Source: Octopus vulgaris (Eukaryota). From it: a stretch of DNA of 64,000 nucleotides. The notes below the pieces were generated by a model. The model did no database searches, was not told where the DNA came from, and was given only the letters and a program-made list of their open reading frames with translations. A program made the position numbers and the translations under genes. How positions within the stretch are numbered: position 1 is the stretch's first letter; the number at the start of each line of letters is the position of its first letter. This document shows, piece by piece, positions 11,886 to 24,309 of this stretch. The DNA lies in contig OX597837.1 of the NCBI GenBank assembly GCA_951406725.2, positions 46,438,001 to 46,502,000 of the forward strand, read 5' to 3'.

Positions 11886-12295
11886 CTCTTTTACGCTTTT
11901 AACTCTTTTAATTGTTTCAGTCCTTTGACTGTGGCCATGCTGGAGCACCGCCTTTTTAGTCGAGCAAATCGACCCCGGGACTTTAAGCCTAGTACTTATT
12001 CTATCAGTCTCTTTTGCCGAACCGCCAAGTTACGGGGACACAAACACACCAGCATCAGTTGTCAAGCGAGGTTGGCGGGGGGGGACAAACACAAACACAT
12101 AAACACACACACATATATATATACATATATACAACAGGCTTCTTTCATTTTCCATCTACCAAATCCACTCACAAGGCTTTGTTGGACTCAAGGCTATAGT
12201 AGAAGACACTTATCCAAGGTGCCATGCAGTGGGAATGAACCCGGAACCATGTGGTTGGTAAGCAAGCTACTTACCACACAGCCACTCCTGCGCCT
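11886..12295 (-). mobile_element. CORE-like tRNA-SINE family B, full length
   Basis: Minus strand: AGGCGCAGGAGTGGCTGTGTGGTAAG (A box), GGTTCCGGGTTCA (B box), GGCACCTTGGATAAGTGTCTT (CORE-like ACCTTGGGCAAGT), internal TA/TG microsatellite, (TAAAAGAG)n-type tail. CORE-type SINEs are known from octopus. Confidence 0.9.
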
Positions 12296-12586
12296 ACATA
12301 ACACAATTTGGTGCCTACAAAAGTTAATACTGATAAATGAAAAGCATTTAAATAATGACCACATATTCTTATATTCTTTCACTGCTTTCACTTACTGGAC
12401 TGCAGCCATGCTGGAGCAATGCTTTTAAAATATGTTAGTGTGCATGAACATCAGAGTATAAATGAGCTAAGAGAAAAATTGGGTACAAGATAAATCAGGA
12501 GTTGTGTGCAAGAGAGGAGGCACCCAAAGTAGACACTGGTGCATGATGCAGGACTCCAACTCATCAGAAATACTTCAATTAATTAT

Positions 12587-12978
12587 AAGCACAGGCATGG
12601 CTTTGTGGTAAGAAGTTTACTTCTCAACCACATGATTCTGGGTTCAGTCCCACTGTGTGGCATCTTGGGCAAATGTCTTCTACAATAGCTTGGGCCAACA
12701 AAAGCTTTGTGGGTGGATTTGGTAAATAGAAACTGAAAGAAGCCCATTTTGTGTGTGTGTGTCTTTGTATTTGTCCCCTACCACCACTTGACAACTGATA
12801 CTGGTGTGTTTACATTTCCGTAACTTAGCAGTTTGGCAAAAGAGACCAACAGAATAAGTACTAGGCTTAGCAAAAAAAAACATGTCCTGGAGTTTTAATT
12901 TGTTCAACTAAAACCCTTCAATGCGATGCTCCAGCATGGCTGCAGTCAAAATGCTTGAAACAAGTAAAAGATAAAAGA
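12587..12978 (+). mobile_element. SINE family B, full length
   Basis: Same architecture as 11886-12295 in the opposite orientation. Confidence 0.9.
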
Positions 12979-13880
12979 TTAATAGAATATGAGCTGGTTC
13001 AACTCTATCTGACATTACTTATTACTACCAGTATCAGACGAAGCCACTGGAAATGAAACCTCTACCTCTGATCTGATAGGAGTAGCATCTAAATATCCTT
13101 CAAATCACAGCCCTTACTATCTTAAGTAGGGACCAGATGCAGTAGATAATATAGTTCAATCATAGGTGTCTTGGAACAGAGTTTATTTTGACCTAAACGA
13201 CATCAACCACCACCGATATCAAGTGATAACATATTTTTGCATAAGCCATGGCCTGCCCAGCATATCCAGCATCTGATAAATTCAATAGAAGTGAGGCTGG
13301 TACTTATTCAAATAACTTGCACCCTCCTCCCCCAAATAATAGAAAACATAATCTCAGACACCTCTACCTCTCTAAACTACCAAGAGAGTATCCATAGGTG
13401 GTTTATTCCATGTGATATTCCCTCCCTCTCTCTCAATTAATTAGACCACCAACAGGATATCAGTTCATGGTTCACTGCTATGTGATACTTCCACACTCTT
13501 CCACTCTTTCCTTTAATCGGACCACAGAGAGAGGATATAGTCAGTTAGTGGTTTAGTTAGTTGAGAGAGGGTGAGGAGGAAAGGGGTGAGACAGACTGCC
13601 GGAGGGTATTGCATGGCAGGGGTAGTGTTATCAGGCAACCATAAATAAACAATGAATTTACAGCAACAATAAAACAAACAAATATCATAACATAGAGTGA
13701 AGTTAATTTAAATCAATAGTGTCTATGTAACCTCAACTGGTGTTTTGAACTGATAATAAATGTTATTTCACAGCAACCTGAGGTGGTTTCCTGTAACCAT
13801 TTTGATGTTTACAGTGAAGTTGAGTCTCTATAAAATATAATCTCAACTGGTGATTTAACTGATACCGGCATCATTGTTGC

Positions 13881-14304
13881 CTTTACTCTTTTTACTCTTT
13901 TACTTGTTTCAGTCATGTTAACTGTGGCTATGCTGGAGCACCACCTTTAGTCGAGCAAATCGACCCCAAGACTTATTCTTTGTAAGCCAAGTACTTATTC
14001 TATCGGTTTCTTTTAGCCGAACAGCTAAGTTACGGGGATGTAAACACACCAGCATCGGTTGTCAAGTGATGTTGGGAGGACAAACACAGACACACAAATG
14101 CATACACACACATACATATATATATATATATACATATACACGACAGGCTTCTTTCAGTTTCCGTCTACCAAATCCACTGACGAGGCTTTGGTCGAGATAA
14201 GGCTATAGTAGAAGACACTTGCCCAAGGTGCCACGCAGTGGGACTGAACCTGGAACCATGTGGTTGGAAAGCAAGCTTCTTACCACACAGCCATGCTTGC
14301 ACCC
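13881..14304 (-). mobile_element. SINE family B, full length
   Basis: Same architecture; CpG-rich, so a relatively young copy. Confidence 0.9.
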
Positions 14305-15480
14305 ATATGAATGTTAAATAATGACAATGATCATCATCATCATTTTGTTCTATACAAATTGTTATTGGCAGATAAAAGAACAAGAATCCAGCTGCAGGAC
14401 ATCCTACGAATCGGTTCCTCAACCAAATTTATTTTTCAGAAGAGAATTGAAAATATGACTCAAAATGTTGAATTAACTTATCAAAGCCTGGCAATGAATG
14501 GTTCCTTTAATCACAAGGCGAGTTCCCTGCCCCGTGTCTTAATATTTTGATAAGAAAATAAATAATACTTCAACAAAAATAAATAAAATAAACAGACTCA
14601 AAGTGTTTAGAGCTGAATATTCTTTGAAATCTCAAAGAGAATAGTAATTAGTTAATTATACCAGATTATAAAATATAGAAATAGAGAAGACTACAAACAA
14701 AATGATGGTGCCATTTTCATTGGTTTTTGTCTTTAAATGCAGAGAAGAAAATGGAACCTTCCACCACCACCACCACCACCACCACCAATATAAATGAAAT
14801 ACAAGACAGCAAAAAGCAAAAATAGACAAAACTTGCAATATTCTTTACACTGGAACTAGTAATTTAGTAATTTTATCTCTTTTATCAGATTCTTCAGCAA
14901 CACTAGAATATAAACTAGAAACAATAATTTACTAATTTCTTGACAACGGTTTTGATGATGATGATGATGATGATAATATCTATTCTAATGTCAGTAGCTA
15001 TGGAAGGACATAAGAGACATTATAACTAGGTTAGCTTTAAGAAAGATGTGTAGCATCTCAATGATTAGCTTAGAAGCCAACATGTCAAAACCAGAGTTTA
15101 GCTGATTAGCCATTAATCCTGGAGCAAGGAACCACCTGAAGCTTTTGAGGCACATAAATCTGCCTCCTGGAAAGAGTGAGGAATTAGCATAAAAAAAGAC
15201 ATATTATACTTATTCTAATGATCATAATTTTTTTACAAATTTAATTACATTTTCTCATGTCTCTCATAAAATTTTCTCAGTGTGACCTTCAAATATATGA
15301 AATTCCCCATCTTTCATATCCTGCAACAAAACCAACAAGTACAATGTAAACAAATGGAAATACTTATCAGATGAAAAGAGTGTAAAGAGAGAGAGCCAGG
15401 AGGGAAGGGAATCCATAACTTTCTTCTCCTTATTTACCTTCTTCATAATGTTGCTTTTCCATAAGAGGTAAACTTTGTGT

Positions 15481-16180
15481 CATCATCCTCAACATATAAT
15501 GTTTGTCTTCCTTGCAGGACAGTTTGACAGGAAATGGCAGGGCCAGGGGCTGCACCACGTTCAATAGTCTGTGTTTGGCATGCTTTCTACAACTGCATAC
15601 CCTCAATGCCAACCACTTTACAGAGTTTACCGGATGCTTTTTACATAGCACCATGAGCACTCGTGCTTTTTATGTGACACCAACAACCACACCAATGCTT
15701 TTTACATGGCACCTTGGTTTTAGGAACTCACTTCTGTTGTGGTGGGCAGCTCTTCTCAAGTACAGCAATGTGCCACATATCTCAGTCCTCTGGGCATATT
15801 GGCTTCATTTCTTTCAAACCTATGCATGTCCTTGGCAGTCACAGCCCATGTTTCACTGCCATGTAGCATAGCTGTTTGCACACAGACATGTTACAGTATT
15901 TCATTCTGGGAGAGAGGCTCTTTCTTGCCAGCAGAGGTCAGAGCTCTCTGAACTTTGCCCAGCTTCATCTTATTCTCACAGCTACGCTCTTAGAGCATCC
16001 ACCTCCACTACTAACTTCGTCACCTAGGTAACAGAAGCTATCTGCCACCTCTAGCTTGTTCCCCTGGCAGTTAATGGAGTCTATTTTCTGCACATTTCCA
16101 GTGTTTATTGTACCTGTACATCTTCCACTTACAAAAACTAGTCTCTCTATTAACCTTCCTCTGATATTGTGTGTGTGTGC
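15481..16180 (-). mobile_element. RTE-clade LINE 3' fragment with internal deletion
   Basis: Manual minus-strand translation: LEVADSFCYLGDEVSSGGGCSKSVAVRIR*SWAKFREL*PLL...CVQTAMLHGSETWAVTAKDMHRFERNEANM. It then jumps to the extreme C-terminus and a 3' UTR ending in (GAT)n. Confidence 0.85.
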
Positions 16181-16637
16181 ATACTAATTGTATAAAATTT
16201 TTACGATAGTTGATTTTATGGAAAAGATTATGTTAAATGGTATATGCCGGCTGTGTGAGCAACTGGTTGTTTCAATGAAGGAACAAATGGGAATTCCATT
16301 AGAAAAAGTTTTAATTGATTTTCTTGGTAACTATGGGGGCTAGGAACAAAAATACAAACTGCATTCCAATCTATGCACCAATCTCCACATGTGTGCCAAT
16401 TTTCACACGAATCCACCCAGCCGTTTGGCTGTGAACCTCAAGACAAGGAAGAATACAACGATAGCCCATGTCCAATTTATATTATAGAATAGATACACAC
16501 ACACACAAGTACATATAGCATCATTATCATCATCATCATTTAACGTCTGTCTCCCATGCTGGCATGGGTTGGAGATACATACGGACAGATGTGGTGACTG
16601 GTTGGTTGATTGATTGATTTCTCCAGGCATGCTTTGC

Positions 16638-16706
<69 letters not shown>

Positions 16707-17083
16707 GAGGGAGAATAAAATAGAGATAGAGAGAGGGGGAATAAAAGAGTGATAGAGAGAAAGTTAACATAAGAGGTACGGGATGAGTGTGTCATAACTT
16801 TCTGAAGGATACATATTTTTATAGAATTTTGCAGTCTTTGATGCAGTAGATGGCAATCACGATGACAAAATTTACAAAAATAATGACATACATTTATTGC
16901 AAATATATCAATGAGAAATTTGTTTCATTTGATTTTAAGGTAAAAAAAAAAAAGTCTTTCTTTTGAAAATCAGTTTTCATTTCATCCGTTTGTATAAGCA
17001 CCATGACACTTGATAAAAGTTAAAATTGTAATTATTTTATGTATGCCATACTTTCTGATATTACCCATGATGGCAAAAGCATA

Positions 17084-18065
17084 TGAGGGGGCATCAAAAA
17101 GTTCCTGGATTAGGTATGTTTAATAAAAAATAACTTATTTACCTAAGTTTTATTTCCTTCAAGTCACCTTGTGCAGCAATGCACCGGTCCCAGCATCCCT
17201 GCCACTTTTGGAATCCCACCTGGAAGTCGTTTTCCGTATGCAAGTCGGGGACCTTCTGTGATTCACCCTGGATCTCAACAACATGTTAAAACAGCAACCT
17301 TTGAGCAGCATTTTCATCTTGGGGAAGAGATGGAAGCCTGCAGAGGCTAAATCTGGTGAACAGGATAGGTGCAGAAGCAATACCATGTTGTTTTTGGTGA
17401 GAAACACACAAGTGAAGAGAGATCAATGACAGGGTGCATTGGCATCATGAGAATCCAATTCTTCATACTCTATAGATCCAGTCACTTTTGTGGAATGTCC
17501 GCCCTCAAACGCTTCGAACCATCGCTGTAGAACTCTCAATTGATGGTCTGGCCCTGGGGGGACAGATTCTCAATGCACAATACCATAGACATAAAAAAAA
17601 AAACCCTGATGAGCATGCTTTTGGTTGAGCTGTGGCTCTGTTGTGTCTTCTTTGGTTCTGGAAATGAAGGGCTCTTCCACTGTGACAACTGCTGCTTCAT
17701 CTCAGGTTTGTACCCATCGACCCAACTCTCATTACTAGTGATGATCCTTGACATGAAGGATGGGTCATCAGCAGCACACTGACAGAGATCTTGGCAGACT
17801 TCAACGTGATGTTCTTTCTGCCCAGTGGTCAGCAGGGGGGACAAACATGGCAGAGACATGCCGCATGTTCAATTCAGATGTTAGGATTACCTGCACAGAC
17901 CCACTTGACAGGCCAATAACATTAGCAATGCTGTTGTCTTCCGAGGATCCTCATGCACAAACTGATGAATTTCCGCCACATTTTCAGGGGTGACACTCAT
18001 GATAGGCCTTACAGATTGCCCATCGTCTCCCTGGGACATTCTTCCACTTCTGAAGCGCACGTACC
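17084..18065 (-). mobile_element. Mariner DNA transposon, decayed and truncated at its 5' end
   Basis: TA-flanked TIR-like end TGAGGGGGCATCAAAAAGTTCC. Transposase fragments: WYVRFRSGRMSQGDDGQSVRP, IITSNESWVDGYKPEMKQQLSQW, PQGQTIN, SCSPDLASAGFHLFPKMK (YSPDLAP motif), FQKWQGCWDRCIAAQGD. Confidence 0.9.
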
Positions 18066-18837
18066 ACACACATATATATACATATACACCCCACCAACCG
18101 CAAGGAACATTTAGGGGTGGTGAGAATAGGCGAGGTGATACAGAGGCTTGGGCTGGGTGAGTAGGCAGGATGAAGTGACTGTAATAAATGATGGAGAGAT
18201 ATACAGAAGAGGCTTGAGTGGGGGGGCAGGGGTTGCTGTAGATAAGTGAGGGTATTGAGGGTGACAGCAGGTAAACAAGGAGTTGGTGATGGAGAGCAGC
18301 ACAGGGAGGGGAGATGGTGTATCATCAGTCAGGGGCTAGAGTAAAAGACAGGTGCCCAAAGTGACATGCAGCAGGATGAAAGCATGTGGCTGGGAAGCAA
18401 ACTTGTCAACCACTCAACCATCCTTAAGACAGGAAGGCAGACAGACAGGCAAGCAGACAGACAGACAGACAGGCAGGCAGGCAGACAGACAGGCAGACAG
18501 GCAGACAAATGTCATACACAAATGTTCTTTATGCAAATGTTTATTTCTAAAAACAAAAAGTAAATAATGAAAAAAGTAATAAAGAAAAAAAATTCAAGAA
18601 AAAATCCAAAATATATTTTAGAAAATATATGAAATATTGCGGAACAAGAAAAAGCCAGGACAATTAAATGTGACTGTAGAAACATCATCGAAATTTGATC
18701 CCCAATTAAAGTTAATAGCTGTTGTACAAGAAACTGATCCAACGAGTATTGTTGAGATAAGAGGGACAAACCAGAATGATGGAGCTGATGGAGCAGGCAA
18801 TGGAGATAACATCTGGCAATAAAGAGGCGAACATGGT

Positions 18838-18848
18838 TGAGCAGCAGC

Positions 18849-18895
<47 letters not shown>

Positions 18896-18897
18896 CA
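18838..18897. repeat. (GCA)n-(GTA)n microsatellite
   Basis: Direct inspection. Confidence 0.9.
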
Positions 18898-19133
18898 ATA
18901 TCGTAATACCACCAAGCTCCATCGTAACAATCACTACCATCGTCACTACCAACATGAAGGATAGCAATGAACCAATGAAGAAGCTTCTTTTACATGCTTG
19001 CACAACCTGCTAGAAATAGCAAACAAATTTTCCTCAAATTACAAACTCTATAAAGAAGGGACACAGATAAATGAAATCCTCCTACATACTCTCCCCCCCC
19101 CAAAAAAAACAGATAGCCATGACTGGAATACCT

Positions 19134-19360
19134 ATTTCTTTACTACCCACAAGGGGCTAAACACAGAGAGGACAAACAAGGACAGACAAACGGATTAAGT
19201 CGATCATATCGACCCCAGTGCGTAACTGGTACTTAATTTATCGACCCCGAAAGGATGAAAGGCAAAGTCAACCTCGGCGGAATTTGAACTCAGAACATAA
19301 CAGCAGACGAAATACGGCTACGCATTTCGCCCGGCGTGCTAACGTTTCTGCCAGCTCACC
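19134..19360 (-). mobile_element. SINE family A copy inserted into a family D repeat, 9-bp TSD
   Basis: GGAATACCT at 19125-19133 and 19362-19370; family D sequence continues on both sides. Confidence 0.9.
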
Positions 19361-19839
19361 AGGAATACCTTAGGTCATAGGTTTGCATATACATCTCACT
19401 GAATACTCCGAGTAATTTCACTTCGCTCATTTTCGTTTAAAATATGCAAATTACCTTGGCTAAAAACGAGCTAAGTGAGGGAGTGTGTCCTGTCCCCAAG
19501 AAAAGCTGTCTCTTTGACCGTGTCAGATTACTGGACAATTATTTTCAGTTCCAGCTTCTGTATTGTTGGAAGCAAATCACACACTTGTTGCTGTTGTCTC
19601 TGAAAGATTTCCTAAAGCGTCTCATATAATTCGCTGAGCTTTTGAAAGCTAGTCTTCTCGTGGAGATTCCGTTTTGCTGCTGCATAATGAATAATCATTT
19701 GGAATCTTTATTTTCCAAGCATGAAAACATTTTTATGAATATATTTCAGCTACCATGGTAACAAACTACAATGGCAGACAGTCATACTCAAAACTTAAAA
19801 GAAATTAATAAATAAATAACAATGGCAAAAATATTATGA

Positions 19840-20682
19840 ACCAAGAAGACAGATTAAGAAGTTTTGTTCTAACAAACACTGGGAATTTATATCTGCAGGA
19901 AATAGATAATTACAGTATTCTAAAAATGCTGATCCATGTCAAATGTGGAAAAATATAACCTGAGATGTAACAACACTTTGACTAAATATTTCAAGAGTGA
20001 AGCTTAATTATGATATCATCATCATCATTTTAATGTCCACTTTATCTTATTTGCATCGGTCAGATGGAGTTTTGCTGAGGCAGATTTTCTACAGCCATTT
20101 TCTGGGCAAGACATGAAATGAAATAAAGTGCAATTAAGAAGAGGTGAATCTTTTTCAATAAATGCTACAAGACAAGCCTCACACTAATACAGCCCTCCCC
20201 CATACTTGGGAGAAGTAGCAAGTAACAAGTAACATGGTATTGGTATTCAGTTCTTGTTTGAGTATTTAGGTCTATAACCTAATTTCAATTCCCAGAGGTA
20301 AAACAAAAAGCACACATACAGAAATAATGTCTTTGGAGCATGGTCTTGAATGCTTAAACTTTGTCCATTTCCTTCTTTCATAAATATCAGGGGACAGATT
20401 TTCTTTTGTTTTTTTTTATGCATTTCATCCAAGAGGTGTTAAGAACAAAGACAACAAATCAAGAAGTTTTGGCTCTAAAAAACACTGAGAATTAATATCT
20501 GCAGGAAATAGATAATTATTACAGAGTTCTAAAAGTGTGTCTGCAAAAATATAATCTTGCTGAGGTGTAACAACTTGACAAAATATTTCTAGAGTGAAGC
20601 TTAATTATGATAAATATCATCATCATCTTTATAATGCCCACTTTATCACACTTGCATGAGTCAGGTGGAATTTTGCTGAGAC
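19840..20682 (+). repeat. Local direct duplication of ~240 bp (19840-20085 and 20440-20682)
   Basis: Shared blocks ATATCTGCAGGAAATAGATAATTA, AGAGTGAAGCTTAATTATGATA, CCACTTTATC and TTTTGCTGAG. Confidence 0.85.
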
Positions 20683-21465
20683 ATCGTCATACACTTTAGA
20701 ATGATTATTGAATTTTACAAAAAAGGAAAAACAAAAAAATTCTTCTCAAGTTGCCACAAATTTAATTACCGTAGTCTCGTCAAGTGTAGTTTGGCATAAT
20801 ATAGTATAATGTACATGTTGGAGTGTACAGTGAGTGGTATAGAGTGATGTAGTATATCAGAATGTAGAGTAGTGTGGCATAATGCCATTTGGTGTGGTGT
20901 TACATAATGTAATACAGTGTAGTGAGATAAAAAGTGTGTGTGCCATGTGTGTGGGAGTGGAATATGTGAATGCAGTGTGTGTCTGTGTGCATCAAGTGGT
21001 ATATGTGAATAGTGTCCATGTATGCGTGTGCAGAGAGGTGAATGGGTATTGCGTATGATACAGAGTGAGCATGTATTGTAGTATGGTGTAATACAGTGTA
21101 TGTGTGTGTGTGTATGTGGTGCAGGACATGTATGCTTGGGGATGAGAGTGTGTTCTGTATGTCAGTGTGTGAATTGCAATGCTGTAGTGTTGCGCAGTGT
21201 GTATGTGTGTGCATGTATACACACACACACACATGCACACACATTGTGTGTGTTCACAACTTCAATGTCAATTAGGCAAACGAAGGAAGAGGAATTGATT
21301 TGCAGAGGTTACATTGATAGCATTTGATGAGCTGCTTTCTCCTCACTGGATTAAAGAAATTGATTCCCGGAATGAGCTCTCTTGGCTTTGGTGTGAGACA
21401 GGTAGACTGGAAAATTCACATGGACAGATGCTTTGCCGAGGAAACTTCCTTTACTTAAACAGATG

Positions 21466-21496
<31 letters not shown>

Positions 21497-21737
21497 CATG
21501 AGAGAGAGGGGGGGGGAGAAAAAAGAGAGGAGAGGTAAGATAGACAGACTGAAAATTCGAGAGATAAGAGAGAGAAAGATGGGAGGCAAGAAATACAGGA
21601 AATAAAATACCATCAGGAAGTCTGTAAAGTGGAATAAATTATCATCGGAAATTTAGCTTAGTTTTAGTTTAGGTTAAGGATGTAGGTAAAAGACTGACAC
21701 TGTAAATATTTTACACACACACACACACATACACATA

Positions 21738-21850
21738 TCTACTATATAAATGCAAGTGTATGTGATTATATGTTTGCATGTTTAGAACAAAAAGGCTCTG
21801 AAATGGTGCATCCTTGAGAAAAACGAATTTGATTTTTCAAATCTGCATTC
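21738..21850 (+). mobile_element. Possible Helitron-type 5' end (older element)
   Basis: A|TCTACTATATAAA followed by a TG-rich stretch; no matching 3' CTAG end found. Confidence 0.35.
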
Positions 21851-21972
21851 CACAGACAACATTGTTCATAAATAATAATAAAAAAACAAAACAATTTGTT
21901 CTGAGAAATAACTCAACTTTTAGATCGACAAATCTCCCACCCTCAATCTATCTCTCTCTATATATATATATA

Positions 21973-22485
21973 CTAGCAGTATCGCCCGGCGTTGCTCGGG
22001 TTTGTAAGGGAAATAACTATATAAGCATTTTTAGAGAGTTACTTCCCTTATAGATGCCAATTTGGGCTTTCTTAGCCATTTCTGTTTTGGTGTCTTCAAG
22101 CCATGAAGTCGTTGTTCTAAAAGAACGCTGGTCTCCTTGACAATGCTTTACGACATTGATTTCCTTACACTCCCTTCCCCACAGCTTCACGAGGGAGGGA
22201 AGAAGGGGGAGAAGCAAACAGGTGCAGGTGTGACCATGGACGCCAACTCCGCCGCCATCGACACACGAAAAATTATGCATTAAAATGGAATAAAAAATGA
22301 TGTTAAATTATTTTTAAAATCGTAGACTCATCATAGACGCGCGCTAATACTCAGACGGGCTCGATATGAATCACGACTATAAGATACCCGAAATTGGTTA
22401 AACTGCACCGCAAAATGTGGGAGTAGTTAGGAATCTAAATTGAAGGGGACAGACACTCACACAACTACAGTTTTATATATATAGA
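21973..22485 (-). mobile_element. Non-autonomous Helitron (513 bp)
   Basis: Minus strand starts A|TCTATATATATAAAA and ends with hairpin CCCGAGCAACGCCGGG then CTAG|T. These are canonical Helitron termini at an AT insertion site; the interior is CpG-rich. Confidence 0.9.
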
Positions 22486-24089
22486 TATATATTTACCATA
22501 CTCTTCGACACTCACTCTCTTTGTATATGTATTAATCCTCACACACAGCTTTCATTTTGTTGAAAACCTCTTCTTTTAAAGTCTACTTTCATTTTATGAC
22601 AGCTATTACACACAAATCCTGTTTTCTGATTGGGTAAAAATGATCAAGCTTTAAACCTCGGTAACATTTTTCTAAAATTTTTCTGGAATAAGTGAATCAC
22701 AAACTCAGATTCAGCGTGAAAATATACATCAATAAACCAAATTTTAAAATTTTCACTTAATTTTTTTAATTTCAAAATCTGTGACAGCAACAAATAAGAT
22801 CTCTCTCCCTCAATTCATCTATCTCTTTCATTTTCTCCAGGGAAACTTGCTCATTCTCTATAAAAATATATCGCTAACAGTGAGTGCATGTATGTATTTG
22901 TCAGTGTGTGCATGTATACATGTGATATAAAAAAAGGTATGTAAAAGATAATTTATTTTAATAACATACCTTTTTGTTAGTAAATTTGTTTTCTCTTACA
23001 CACACACATGGACTCACTTAATGTGGGGTGGGGTTAAAGGTTGTTCTTGCTTAAATCCCAGCAATTGACCACTGCATCATCATTCCATGAAATGTGTTTT
23101 TAGGGAGAAAAATATTGAAAAAAAAATCAATACATATCAGCGTGATAAACAAATGAGGAAGGTATCAAGTGGTCGTGGGATGTGCTAGAAACGCCAGCTA
23201 AACCTCCCTTTAATCACCTTTTCGCCTGAAAATTATTTTGAAATTACAAATAGAAAAAAAAAATAAATTGTAGATTCTGACCATATGTATTTTAAAACCA
23301 GGATTTTTAAAATTTTGAAAAAAAGCTGAAATTTTAGGATTGATTTTTGATTAAAATGTTTCTGAAAATTTTGCTATTGTTTTTAAATTACATTTCATTT
23401 TCTGTCTGAAAATGAAGGAGGTGGGGATTGTGATCACGGATTTCCAAATTTACTTTTTTTCTTTTTCAACCTTCAAGGCTTCTCCCATCATGAAGAGGCT
23501 GTAAGATGTGTCCCATGTATTATGAAAACGAAGTCCCCCCAGACTGCAATGGTCTTTGGGTGTGTCTCCAGTGAAATGTCTACATGTGTGTGTCTTTGTA
23601 TCCACATGTGTCCCCCACCACAGCTTGACAACCAGTGTTGGTGTTTGCATCCCCATAACTTAGCGGTTCAACATAAGAGACCAATACAATAAATACCAGG
23701 CATTAAAAAATACAAGTACTCGGGTTAATTCAGTCAACTAAAAATTCAAGGTGGTGCCCCAGCATGGCAACAGTCTAATGACTGAAACAAGTAGAAGACA
23801 AAAAAAAAATCATTAATATACATCTTTGTTTCCTATATTAATCAATAAAAGCTCAATCATTATATTTACTGAATCCATTAACTATAATAGACTGAAAAAG
23901 AAATAAATTGAAATGAATAATTACAACACTTATGCACCGTTTAAACCTTCTAACACGAACTCACCTGAGACCATGTCTGACTCAGTGACACAAAACTGCT
24001 TGTATTAGAGTGTTTAATATTTGAATTAAAACCTCCCATCATTATTTTATTTTTTATGCAAAACACCTTTTCATTTAGTGATATTTTAA

Positions 24090-24309
24090 CCCTTTAGTGT
24101 TTAAACTGGCTATATCCGGCCCAAATATTCTACTCATTTTATGCTCAAACTAGCCAGAACCAGTATCTCACACCTACCCTGCAATGTCATTCTAAAAATA
24201 AACAATTACATCTTTCAAATCTTGAAGCTACAAGATAATACCAGATTAATTTTTTAAAATGTAAATGAATAAGGATTACTTCTGACATATCAATTTGAAC
24301 GCTAAAGGG
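24090..24309. mobile_element. piggyBac-like TTAA MITE (220 bp)
   Basis: TTAA|CCCTTTAG ... CTAAAGGG|TTAA. Further copies lie at 29636-29790 (partial), 33868-34056 (partial), 35738-35946, 38642-38794 (internally deleted), 60350-60525 (partial), 60526-60745 and 62275-62495. Confidence 0.85.

Noticed and set aside
18622-18822. Protein-like ORF KIYEILRNKKKPGQLNVTVETSSKFDPQLKLIAVVQ...
   Set aside because: No family recognised, the acceptor is weak, and the end grades into degenerate trinucleotide repeat; ORFs this long are common here.
19444-19451. Octamer ATGCAAAT sites (also near 9588, 18531, 36295)
   Set aside because: A handful of such AT-rich 8-mers is expected by chance in 64 kb of this composition.
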